DNA from: Microcystis aeruginosa NIES-843
GTDB lineage: Bacteria; Cyanobacteriota; Cyanobacteriia; Cyanobacteriales; Microcystaceae
Direction: 5' to 3'
NCBI RefSeq assembly: GCF_000010625.1
Contig: NC_010296.1
Location: 240,001 to 272,000, forward strand
Length of the DNA: 32,000 nucleotides
The notes beneath the pieces were generated by a model, which worked only from the letters and a program-made list of their open reading frames with translations, did not search any database and was not told where the DNA came from. Positions 8,343 to 16,660 of the stretch are shown here, piece after piece. Every line of letters starts with the position of its first letter. The stretch's first letter is position 1. Made by a program: the position numbers and the translations under genes.

Positions 8343-9434
8343 ATGTCAGTTTTAATAGCGATCGGTGTACTTGCCCTATTAATTGTCGTTCACGAATTCG
8401 GTCATTTTGCCGCTGCTCGTTGGCAATCTATCCATGTTAATCGCTTTTCCATCGGTTTTGGTCCAGCTTTAGCTAAATATCAAGGTAAAGAAACGGAATA
8501 CGCCCTCCGCGCCATTCCTTTAGGGGGTTACGTTGGTTTTCCCGATGACGATCCCGATAGTCAAATTCCCAATAACGACCCTGATTTATTACGCAATCGT
8601 CCTGTTTTCGATCGAGCTATCGTCATTAGTGCGGGAGTAATTGCTAATTTAATTTTTGCCTATTTTTTGCTTGTTACCCAAGTCGCTACCGTGGGGTTTC
8701 CCCAAATTAACTATCAAGAAGGGGTAATTATTCCTGAAGTTTTCACTGCTGAAAATTCCGTCGCTAAACAAGCAGGAATGAAAGCGGGGGATATCGTTCT
8801 GGCTATCAATGATCAGCCCCTTGGTGCTTCTCAAAATGCCATTATTGACTTCCGTGACATTATTCAATCTTCCCCCGATCAACCCCTAAAATTAACCATC
8901 AAACGCCCGACAGAAACGATCAATTTAATCGTTACTCCTGAATTGGGAAGTGATGGTCAGGGTAAAATTGGGGTTAGATTGGCTCCTAACGGTGAAGAAA
9001 CTCGCCTGAAAGCCGATAATTTTGGTCAAGCTTTTAGCTTAGGTGCGGGTGAATTTCAACGATTAACCCTATTAACCGTTCAAGGTTTTGGGCAGTTAGT
9101 TAGTAACTTCAAAGACAGTGTTCAACAGGTAGCGGGACCAGTTAAAATTGTCGAATACGGAGCCGCAATCGCTCGTAATGATGCGGGTAATCTTTTTCAA
9201 TTTGCCGCCCTAATTAGTATTAACTTAGCGGTAATTAATATTCTGCCTTTACCTGCTCTTGATGGCGGTCAATTAGTATTTTTATTAATCGAGGCTTTGG
9301 TAGGTAAACCTCTCCCAACTAAACTACAAGATAACATCATGCAAACAGGTCTAGTTTTACTCTTAGGATTAGGAGTTTTCTTAATCGTGCGCGACACGGC
9401 TAACCTAGCAGTTTTTCAGGATTTATTCCAGTGA
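8343..9434 (+). CDS. rseP: RIP (site-2) zinc metalloprotease, RseP family, with PDZ domain
   Basis: HEFGHF zinc motif at the N-terminus, central PDZ-like region (AGMKAGDIVLAIN), C-terminal NLAVINILPLPALDGG. Confidence 0.9.
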   Translation: MSVLIAIGVLALLIVVHEFGHFAAARWQSIHVNRFSIGFGPALAKYQGKETEYALRAIPLGGYVGFPDDDPDSQIPNNDPDLLRNRPVFDRAIVISAGVIANLIFAYFLLVTQVATVGFPQINYQEGVIIPEVFTAENSVAKQAGMKAGDIVLAINDQPLGASQNAIIDFRDIIQSSPDQPLKLTIKRPTETINLIVTPELGSDGQGKIGVRLAPNGEETRLKADNFGQAFSLGAGEFQRLTLLTVQGFGQLVSNFKDSVQQVAGPVKIVEYGAAIARNDAGNLFQFAALISINLAVINILPLPALDGGQLVFLLIEALVGKPLPTKLQDNIMQTGLVLLLGLGVFLIVRDTANLAVFQDLFQ

Positions 9435-10090
9435 TGGACTCTCGAAAAAAAACTGAACCTCAACTGCGTGCCCTAGAAATTTTAAGCAACCTAAAGCGAT
9501 TATATCCAGAGGCAACCTGTAGCTTAAATTATCAAACTCCCGTGCAGTTATTGGTGGCAGTGATTCTCTCGGCACAATGCACTGATGAGCGGGTAAATAA
9601 GGTGACTCCTGCTTTATTCGCTCGTTTTCCCGATGCTAAATCCTTAGCTTTTGCCGAGCGAGAGGAGTTAGAAACCCTGATTCGTTCCACGGGATTCTAT
9701 CGCAATAAAGCTAAAAATATTCAGGGTGCTTGTCAAAAAATCCTCAAGGATTTTCAGGGGGAAGTACCCAAGACAATGGGGGAATTATTAACTTTACCCG
9801 GGGTAGCTAGAAAAACGGCTAATGTGGTACTCGCTCACGCTTACGGGATTATTGAGGGGGTGACAGTAGATACCCACGTTAAGCGCTTAAGTAATCGTTT
9901 GGGTTTAACTACTAATAACGATCCGGTGAAAATTGAACGGGATTTAATGGCTTTACTACCTCAACCGGATTGGGAAACTTTTTCTATTAGTATTATTTAC
10001 CACGGCCGGGCGGTTTGTAAAGCAAGAAATCCCGCTTGTTTTTCCTGTCAATTAGCCTCTCTTTGTCCCGCAGCAAACAGTAACCAGTAA
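9431..10090 (+). CDS. nth: endonuclease III
   Basis: HhH-GPD motifs (LPGVARKTANVVL, VDTHVKR) and a C-terminal 4Fe-4S cysteine cluster CKARNPACFSCQLASLC. Start overlaps the rseP stop (GTGATG). Confidence 0.95.
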   Translation: MMDSRKKTEPQLRALEILSNLKRLYPEATCSLNYQTPVQLLVAVILSAQCTDERVNKVTPALFARFPDAKSLAFAEREELETLIRSTGFYRNKAKNIQGACQKILKDFQGEVPKTMGELLTLPGVARKTANVVLAHAYGIIEGVTVDTHVKRLSNRLGLTTNNDPVKIERDLMALLPQPDWETFSISIIYHGRAVCKARNPACFSCQLASLCPAANSNQ

Positions 10091-10201
10091 ACAGTAAACT
10101 CACACCTGATAACTGAATCACTGATAACTGATAACTGTAAACTTAAAACTCACACCTGATAACTGGTAACTGAATCACTGATAACTGATAACTGATAACT
10201 G
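10075..10201. repeat. heptamer tandem repeats (AACAGTA / CTGATAA types) within a duplicated unit of about 50 bp
   Basis: Direct reading. ACTCACACCTGATAACTG..AATCACTGATAACTGATAACTG occurs twice. The repeat overlaps the nth stop and runs to the start of the next gene. Confidence 0.85.
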
Positions 10202-10825
10202 ATGTGGGGGGCTATAATGGGAAAAAATAGCTCATCCATCAATCTTATGAGTCAAGGATCTCGGCAAGAAATAAAAACCCAAGCAATAATCCTCGCTACC
10301 TTTGTGGCGATTTTTTGGCTGTTAGAGATTTTAGATCAATTTGTTTTTCGGGGCAGTTTAGACATTTTCGGGATTATTCCGCATCAAGTCATCGGATTGC
10401 GGGGTATTCTTTTCGCACCTTTCCTACACGGTGACTTTCCCCATCTTATCGCTAATACGGTTCCTTTCCTGATTCTCGGTTGGTTGGTGATGTTACAGGA
10501 AACCAGTGACTTTTTTATTGTTACCGGCTTGACTATGCTGGTGGGGGGGTTAGGAGTCTGGTTATTTGCTACTCCCGGATCCATTCATATCGGGGCAAGT
10601 ATCTTGATTTTTGGCTATTTAGGTTTTTTATTACTGCGGGGCTATTTCCAGAGAAATATTCCTTCTATACTCTTGTCAATTCTAGTCTTTTTACTCTACG
10701 GTGGCACAATTTGGGGCGTTTTGCCTTCCCGTCCGGGGATTTCTTGGCAAGGACATTTATTTGGTTTCCTAGGCGGGGTTTTAGCCGCCAAATTAATCGC
10801 CACCGAAAAGAAACATTATCCCTAA
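10202..10825 (+). CDS. rhomboid family intramembrane serine protease
   Basis: Multi-TM protein with HGDFPHLIANT, the GASILIFGYLG catalytic-Ser motif and the HLFGFLGG catalytic-His motif. Confidence 0.85.
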   Translation: MWGAIMGKNSSSINLMSQGSRQEIKTQAIILATFVAIFWLLEILDQFVFRGSLDIFGIIPHQVIGLRGILFAPFLHGDFPHLIANTVPFLILGWLVMLQETSDFFIVTGLTMLVGGLGVWLFATPGSIHIGASILIFGYLGFLLLRGYFQRNIPSILLSILVFLLYGGTIWGVLPSRPGISWQGHLFGFLGGVLAAKLIATEKKHYP

Positions 10826-11148
10826 ATGGGGGAACCTTCTATCTCGCTACATACTTCATAAAAATCGGTGACAGGCGGTTTCGCAAACAGAGGAGCCATG
10901 GATTTCAGCAATAATTCGTGGGCTTCGCTTTTATTTGCCTCCATATCATCGATTTTATCCCAGATGATCACGGCAATTCCTTCGTCGGTTCCGGGTTTTT
11001 GCAGCAGAAAAGCCCCCTGGAATCCCGTGGAATAGGTGGAAACGGCCTTTTCGTAGAGTTTTTGGGCTTCGGAAAAACACCCCGGTTTGAATTCACCAAT
11101 AGCCACATAGGCGTATTTATGTTTGAGAAAATCGAGAAATTCTGGCAT
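10822..11148 (-). CDS. hypothetical protein, possibly of ABM / dimeric alpha-beta-barrel type
   Basis: 108-aa ORF with ordinary codon usage and no better overlapping ORF. The fold assignment is only a resemblance. Confidence 0.45.
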   Translation of the reverse strand: MPEFLDFLKHKYAYVAIGEFKPGCFSEAQKLYEKAVSTYSTGFQGAFLLQKPGTDEGIAVIIWDKIDDMEANKSEAHELLLKSMAPLFAKPPVTDFYEVCSEIEGSPI

Positions 11149-11308
11149 GGCAATGAGGGGAAATGGAATAAATCTTTCTTTCTACTCTCATTAAAACTTA
11201 GATCGATCGCCCCCTCCGCCCCATCGACATATTTTTTTAACTAAGCTTCCCCAATTGTCTCTTTTTTTGTTAGCTTATATGTAGTCGTTATGAGTTTGTA
11301 TAAGTTCT

Positions 11309-11851
11309 ATGATCAAAATCGTTGGTATTAATGGCAGTTTACGCCCCGGATCCTATAGTGCGATGGCGTTAGAAGTTGCTATCAGTCGAGTACAGGGGTT
11401 AGGGGTAGAAACGGAGATAATTGACCTGAGAAAACTCTCTTTACCCTTCTGTAACGGGGGAGATGACTATTCTGACTATCCCGATGTGGCCAAAATGCAG
11501 CAAACGGTTAAATCGGCAGCGGGATTAATTTTGGCGACACCGGAGTATCATGGCAGTGTCAGTGGTGTGATGAAGAATGCCCTAGATTTAATGAGTTTTG
11601 AGGAGTTATCGGGAAAGGTTGCCGGATTAATCAGTGTTTTAGGCGGCCAATCCAATAGTAACGCCCTAAATGATTTAAGAATCATTCTCCGTTGGGTTCA
11701 CGCTTGGGTAATTCCGGAACAAATTGGCTTAGGACAAGCGTGGAAAGTCTTCAACGAAGAAGGAGAAATCCTTGACGAGAAGCTTTCCCAACGTTTTGAC
11801 GCTTTTGCGCGAAGTTTAGTCGATAATACCCGTAAACTCAACGAGATCTAG
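11309..11851 (+). CDS. NAD(P)H-dependent FMN reductase family oxidoreductase
   Basis: MIKIVGINGSLRPGSYS N-terminus and TPEYHGSVSGVMKNALD motif. Confidence 0.85.
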   Translation: MIKIVGINGSLRPGSYSAMALEVAISRVQGLGVETEIIDLRKLSLPFCNGGDDYSDYPDVAKMQQTVKSAAGLILATPEYHGSVSGVMKNALDLMSFEELSGKVAGLISVLGGQSNSNALNDLRIILRWVHAWVIPEQIGLGQAWKVFNEEGEILDEKLSQRFDAFARSLVDNTRKLNEI

Positions 11852-12194
11852 TGATATCGATGGTGATTTTACCGGTGAAATGGGGAATTGGAGCGGCAGG
11901 TTTCGATAATTGTACTCTTACCTGTCGCACTCGATCGAGTTGTAGGATATCCTCAGCGATAACCGTGGCCAATTTTTCCACTAGGGCAAATTTGCTGGTT
12001 TCAATCTGGTGTTTGACAATTTTGATCGCCTGTCGATAATCTAGGGTATCTTCAATCGCGTCACTTTTGCCAGCAATGCTGATATCAAGTTCTAGGGATA
12101 AATCCACCTCAAACCATTGACCTAAAACCTGTTCTTCGGCCAGATATCCTGTGTAACCGTAGGCACGAATGCCTGTAAAGTGAATAGTATCCAT
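11838..12194 (-). CDS. folB: dihydroneopterin aldolase
   Basis: IRAYGYTGYLAEEQVLGQWFEVDLSL and DTLDY...VKHQIE..KFALVEKLA are typical of FolB. The 3' end overlaps the convergent FMN reductase gene by 14 bp. Confidence 0.9.
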   Translation of the reverse strand: MDTIHFTGIRAYGYTGYLAEEQVLGQWFEVDLSLELDISIAGKSDAIEDTLDYRQAIKIVKHQIETSKFALVEKLATVIAEDILQLDRVRQVRVQLSKPAAPIPHFTGKITIDITRSR

Positions 12195-12645
12195 AGATAG
12201 TTAAAGTGAAATACTCTCAAGGTCGTTGAGAGCTTCCTGCTTCAATGGGATGCGCTTTCTACCTCGAAAGATAGCCAGTCTTACCTTCCCGACCCTTGCA
12301 GAAGTCCTAGTTCCTAAGACCCATACTTTTTCTTGCAACACGACCCGCCGAAGCTCGGTTATCGCTTAAGGAATAGTGGTCAAGATATGTTCAGGGTAGC
12401 ACAGTTTTTGAGAATTGTCTATATGTTGGTCAGCATTACAGCAATTCCAAATTTAAGGTTTCATGACATAAAAATCCTTATGACAAGAGGGTTGTACAAT
12501 TCTTAACATTTGGATTGATCTCTGAAATGGCGCAAAATCGTTCCGAATTTATTTTTGCTGTCAGCATTACAGCAATTCCCAATTCAGAATGTAGCAAATG
12601 ATACGGAACATCAAACACTTTTGCCAGGTACATCCCAATCCAACA

Positions 12646-12930
12646 TCAAGAAGAATTAACGAGAGCAATAGGGACGGCATCATCGAGCATAAAGTCTAGA
12701 AGGTGATGCCAGCTTTCAAACAACAGATACTTGGTCAGACAAATAACGTCTTGAAAAAAGCCCCGGCGAGTTCCTCGCTGAAGCCGAGTCCGTTGATAGC
12801 GTTCATCGACCAGATGCAGAACAGTATGGAATAAGAAAGCCAGAAGATTTAGGGTCAGCAGAAAAGAGGCTAAATGTTGCTTGCCATGCCCAAAATTATG
12901 CTCTATACTTTGCACGGCTACAACTTGCAT
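12646..12930 (-). pseudogene. C-terminal remnant of an older DDE transposase (IS4-like superfamily; family not resolved)
   Basis: ..IEHNFGHGKQHLASFLLTLNLLAFLFHTVL..FESWHHLLDFM resembles transposase C-termini common in cyanobacteria. There is a stop immediately upstream of the listed Met, and an IS630 element abuts it. Confidence 0.55.
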
Positions 12931-12950
12931 TTTTTACTCAAGGACAATAA

Positions 12951-14045
12951 TATAGTTTAAGAGTCATAATTAGAAGCAAAGCACTCATTGAAAACATGAT
13001 TAACCTAGAATTCACCGAAGAAGAAAAGAACTCACTGTATTATGAAAGATTTCATCATCCTCATCCCCGGGTTCAACTGAAAATGGAAGTTCTCTGGTTA
13101 AAGAGCCAAAAGATACCGCACCAAAAAATTTGTCAGTTAGCAGGAATCTCGCCAAATACCTTATTAACTTATCTTCGAGATTATCAAGAAGGCGGAATAG
13201 AAAAATTAAAAGAAATCAACTTCTATCGCCCTAAAAGTGAATTAGAGTCTCAAAAAGAAACGCTCAAAAAATACTTCGAGAAAAATCCACCAGCCACAAT
13301 AAATGAAGCTGTATATAGGATAGAAGAATTGACGGGAATAAAACGAAGTCCTACTCAAGTGAGGAAATTCTTAAAATCAATGGGAATGAAATGTTTAAAA
13401 GTAGGTTCTCTTCCTTCTAAAGCTGACCAGGATGAACAAGAAGACTACAAATAAAAAAAGCTAGAACCCAGACTAAATGAGGCAAAAGAAGGAAAAAGGG
13501 CTGTTTTTTTTGTTGATGCCGCTCACTTTGTTATGGGAGCTTTTCTCGGTTTTGTTTGGTGTTTTGAGAGACTTTTCGTTAAGTCGCCGAGCGGGCGTAA
13601 ACGCTTTAATGTTTTGGGAGCATTAAATGCGATAACTCATGAAGTTATTATGGTAACATATGACACTTATATTACAGCAACTCAAGTCTGTGAACTCTGG
13701 TCAAAAATAGCTGCTTTAGGACTAATAATTACCATCACTCTAGTATTAGATAATGCCCGCTATCAAAAATGTAAAAGTTGTTGAGGAATTGGCTCTTTTT
13801 TGTCAATAGAGCTACTCTATTTGCCGTCTTATTCGCCTAATCTAAATTTAATTGAAAGGCTGTGGAAATTGGTAAAAAAGAAATGTTTGTATGGTAAATA
13901 TTATGAAAACTTTTCTGACTTTTCTTCAGCTATTTATGAATGTCTGAATGATGCCCATATGAAACATAAAAAAGAACTGGATTCCTTGCTCACTCTACGA
14001 TTTCAGAAGTTTAATAAATCTCAGATTATGAACGTCTAAAGTATA
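12951..14045 (+). mobile_element. IS630-family insertion sequence (about 1.1 kb), decayed
   Basis: Imperfect terminal inverted repeats TATAGTTTAAGAGTCATAAT (12951-12970) and ATTATGAACGTCTAAAGTATA (14025-14045) with TA at both ends. The internal transposase has HTH and DDE regions. Confidence 0.8.
12996..14039 (+). pseudogene. IS630-family transposase carrying an in-frame TAA and a local double frameshift
   Basis: All three ORF pieces are in one frame. TAA at 13452-13454 lies between ..EDYK and KKLEPRL..FFVDAAHF. At 13773-13801 the conserved frame K-VVEELALF-LSIELLYLPSYSPNLNLIERLW is reached only by dropping one A (A4 run) and adding one T (T6 run); the observed frame reads KSC*GIGSF. Confidence 0.8.
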
Positions 14046-14094
14046 AATTAAAAAGCTTCTATCCGTCAATAACATCTTGACAGATCACTACATA

Positions 14095-14301
14095 GGGCTT
14101 GCTGAATAAATCTAAAAACCTTGTTGGATAAGGCTTTTAGACTTTTTTGACCTCAAAAAGTGCCGACCATTGGAGGGATCGGGGGTAAAATTCAGGTACT
14201 TTTTCCCTAAAAATTAGGTAACTGACTACCTCAAAATCGGTAAAACCCTACACCCCACACCCCACACCCTGCCCCCACCAACAAACTTTTTCAGCAGACC
14301 C
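14095..14301 (-). mobile_element. MITE family A, copy 2 (207 bp, inverted relative to copies 1 and 3)
   Basis: Ends GGGCTTGCTGAA...TTCAGCAGACCC. Flanking duplication TACATA (14089-14094 and 14302-14307). The internal tract reads CCCCACA on this strand. Confidence 0.8.
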
Positions 14302-14358
14302 TACATATCAGGAGAGGCAATAGGCACTCATGCAATAGGCAATAGGGGCAATAGATAA

Positions 14359-14814
14359 TCAGTCTTTAATAACCAGATTTAGGATAATTTTCCTAATAGC
14401 TTTAATCGCGTTTGTCAAGCCCTTTTGAGTTATTGTTGATAATTCTTCACCAAATTCAAAATTAATAGCAGGAATAAATATTCCCCAGGCCCTGGGAGTT
14501 TGTTGATAAATTGCTTGAGTTAATGCTAATAAAGAAGCGGGACTTTCTGCATGACCTAAATTATTCCATTCGGTAACTGCTGCTAATTTTTCTATCCGGA
14601 TATCGGTTTGATTAGATAATACCGCATCAACAAAAATAACTAGAGAAGCATCAGCTATATCGGCTGCTAACTCAGGAGTCAATTGATGGGTAGCGATGAC
14701 TTGCACATTAGGCAAATTCTCCTCGGCAATAATTTCGGCTATTCTCACTCCCACTCCGTCATCATTTCTTAAAGTATTACCGTAACCGATGAGCAGTATT
14801 TTAAAATTATTCAT
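14359..14814 (-). CDS. hoxW: hydrogenase maturation endopeptidase (HoxW/HupW-HybD family)
   Basis: ILLIGYGNTLRNDDGVG N-terminus and a conserved Asp/His pattern (FVDAV, LGH). 151 aa. Confidence 0.8.
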   Translation of the reverse strand: MNNFKILLIGYGNTLRNDDGVGVRIAEIIAEENLPNVQVIATHQLTPELAADIADASLVIFVDAVLSNQTDIRIEKLAAVTEWNNLGHAESPASLLALTQAIYQQTPRAWGIFIPAINFEFGEELSTITQKGLTNAIKAIRKIILNLVIKD

Positions 14815-14869
14815 GGTTAAATAGAGGAAACAGGAGTTGGAAACTTGACAGTAAGTAACTTTTCCCTAA

Positions 14870-15798
14870 TCAGGTTAACTTGGTTCGGGATTTACTTGGT
14901 TGCCATGAAAGACGCTGTAAGCGGGAAAAATTAGTTGAAATACTATAAAAATCTTCGAGATGTTGTTTTAGTTGACGAATTGCCATACTACTATTGCGAT
15001 TGTCGGCAATTTCTCCACAGAAAGAAACTAAATTTTCTAGGTTAAAGTCAGGAAAATATTGACTTTGATGGCGAGGGATATACTCTTGATTCTCTAGCCA
15101 ATAAATGGGTTTGCTGAAAAAGCTTTTCCTGGGGGCAGGGTGTGGGGTGTGGGGTGTGGGGTGTGGGGTTTTATCGATTTTCAGGTGGTCAACTACCTAA
15201 TTTTCAGGGAAAAAGTACCTGAATTTTCCCCCCGATCCCCGCAATGGCTGGCACTTTTTGAGGGGAAAAAAGTCCAAAAGTCTTATCCAACAAGGTTTTT
15301 AGATTTATTCAGCAGACCCTAAATATAGAGATTTTTCTGACGATACAACCAAATTTCAGGCACTTGATAAGGCAGATAATCATCCACATTCGAGTAACTG
15401 GTGACATCAATTTCTAATACTAAATCGGGAGGAGGATCATTTACCCAGTCAATTCTGGCTTTCCCTGCTATAGCCGGCCAATGGTCAATATAAAAACTAT
15501 AATCTGGTTCAATACCACTTGTTTCTGGTAATTCCATGGTTACGGGAGTAAAAGCCTCGTACTCACGCCCCAGATAATCCAATAAGGTGATGATAATATT
15601 AGCAATTAAATGGGCATCACGTCCATGCTTAGGAAGTGGAGACATAAGCAAGACTTCTCCATTGTGATATTTGATTTTAGGCTGAGAATTGTCGCCCCTT
15701 TGCCGAGACAAAGTTTGATAATCTAGCCAAGTGGCAGGTAATCTCACTAAGGACCCCGCCGGTAGCTCGATTTTATCTAGTGAAACTAAGGCAAACAT
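14870..15798 (-). pseudogene. Uma2 (DUF820) family endonuclease gene split by a MITE
   Basis: N-terminal 159 codons (15322-15798) end in ..EIWLYRQKNLYI, with the stop TAG spanning the MITE end (15319-15321). The C-terminal 77 codons (14870-15103: YWLENQEYIPRHQSQYFPDFNL...) continue the family alignment once the MITE and one TAAAT copy are removed. Confidence 0.75.
15107..15319 (+). mobile_element. MITE family A, copy 3 (213 bp)
   Basis: Ends GGGTTTGCTGAA...TTCAGCAGACCC. Flanking TAAAT (15102-15106 and 15320-15324). Near-identical to copy 1 across (GGGGTGT)n and the internal hairpin. Confidence 0.8.
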
Positions 15799-15953
15799 GG
15801 CGCAAGGTTGCAGGTAAATGATCAGAAACGCTGTAAAATAAGTATAGGATATCTTCGATGCTCTCGATGCACAGCTTAACCTAATCGATAAATTAACTGA
15901 GTCTGGTAAGAAAACTTAAGCCTTGATAGTAGTTTCTTGATGAGCCAAAAATT

Positions 15954-16637
15954 ATGCTATCGACTAACACAGTTTCCCCCCATATTATTCCCCCTCTCAA
16001 AAATGGCGATAGATTAACTCGTCCTGAATTCGAGCGCCGTTATCAAGCAATGACACAGCTAAAAAAAGCTGAATTAATCGCAGGAGTTGTTTATATGGCA
16101 GCCGCGGTGAGAGCCAAAAACCACGGTAAACCCCACGCTAATATTATCGGTTGGTTAACTGCCTACGAAGTGGCGACACCGGGAGTAGAAACACTGGATA
16201 ATACTACTGTGCGACTGGATGGGGATAATCAACCACAACCAGATGCTTTATTAAGAATAGAAACCGGTGGACAATCAAGCATTAGTGAAGATGATTATGT
16301 AGAAGGCGCGCCGGAATTAATCGTGGAAATTGCCGCTTCTACTGCTTCCTACGATTTACACGAAAAACTCAAAGTTTATCGTCGCCAGGGAGTGCAAGAG
16401 TATATTATCTGGCGAGTTTATGACGTTCAATTAGATTGGTTTGGTTTAACTGATGGGGAATATTTGCCCCTAGAATCAAATCAAAATAACATCTTTTGTT
16501 CTCAAGTATTTCCTGGATTATGGCTGAATAAAAATGCTTTATTATCGGGTAATTTAGCCGAAGTTTTGGCAGTGTTACAGCAAGGAATAGCTAGTGAACA
16601 ACACCAAAATTTTTGTCAAACTTTGGCTAATAAATAA
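15954..16637 (+). CDS. Uma2 (DUF820) family putative endonuclease
   Basis: PELIVEIAASTASYDLHEKLKVYRRQGVQEYIIW core (PD-(D/E)xK-like E..K) and the ..FPGLWL.. C-terminal signature. Confidence 0.85.
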   Translation: MLSTNTVSPHIIPPLKNGDRLTRPEFERRYQAMTQLKKAELIAGVVYMAAAVRAKNHGKPHANIIGWLTAYEVATPGVETLDNTTVRLDGDNQPQPDALLRIETGGQSSISEDDYVEGAPELIVEIAASTASYDLHEKLKVYRRQGVQEYIIWRVYDVQLDWFGLTDGEYLPLESNQNNIFCSQVFPGLWLNKNALLSGNLAEVLAVLQQGIASEQHQNFCQTLANK

Positions 16638-16660
16638 CCAGGATAAACTTGATTTTTTTC

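Noticed and set aside
10075-10201. Checked the repeat arrays (also 628-649, 6656-6715 and 18269-18405) as possible CRISPR arrays
   Set aside because: The units are 7-8 nt contiguous tandem repeats without spacers of unique sequence, and no cas genes are present.
12195-12425. Tested the folB-upstream region against remembered signatures of SRP RNA (GGUCCGGAAGGAAGCAGC), 6S RNA, tmRNA, RNase P and the THF, ZTP, TPP and glutamine riboswitches
   Set aside because: GGGTCGGGAAGGTAAGAC only superficially resembles SRP helix 8, lacking a GNRA-closed stem and the AGCAGC motif. No other signature fits. I kept it only as a low-interest structured-region finding.
13446-13462. A7G run as a programmed -1 frameshift site between IS630 orfA and orfB
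   Set aside because: The upstream and downstream ORFs are in the same frame, so the break is an in-frame TAA, not a frame change.
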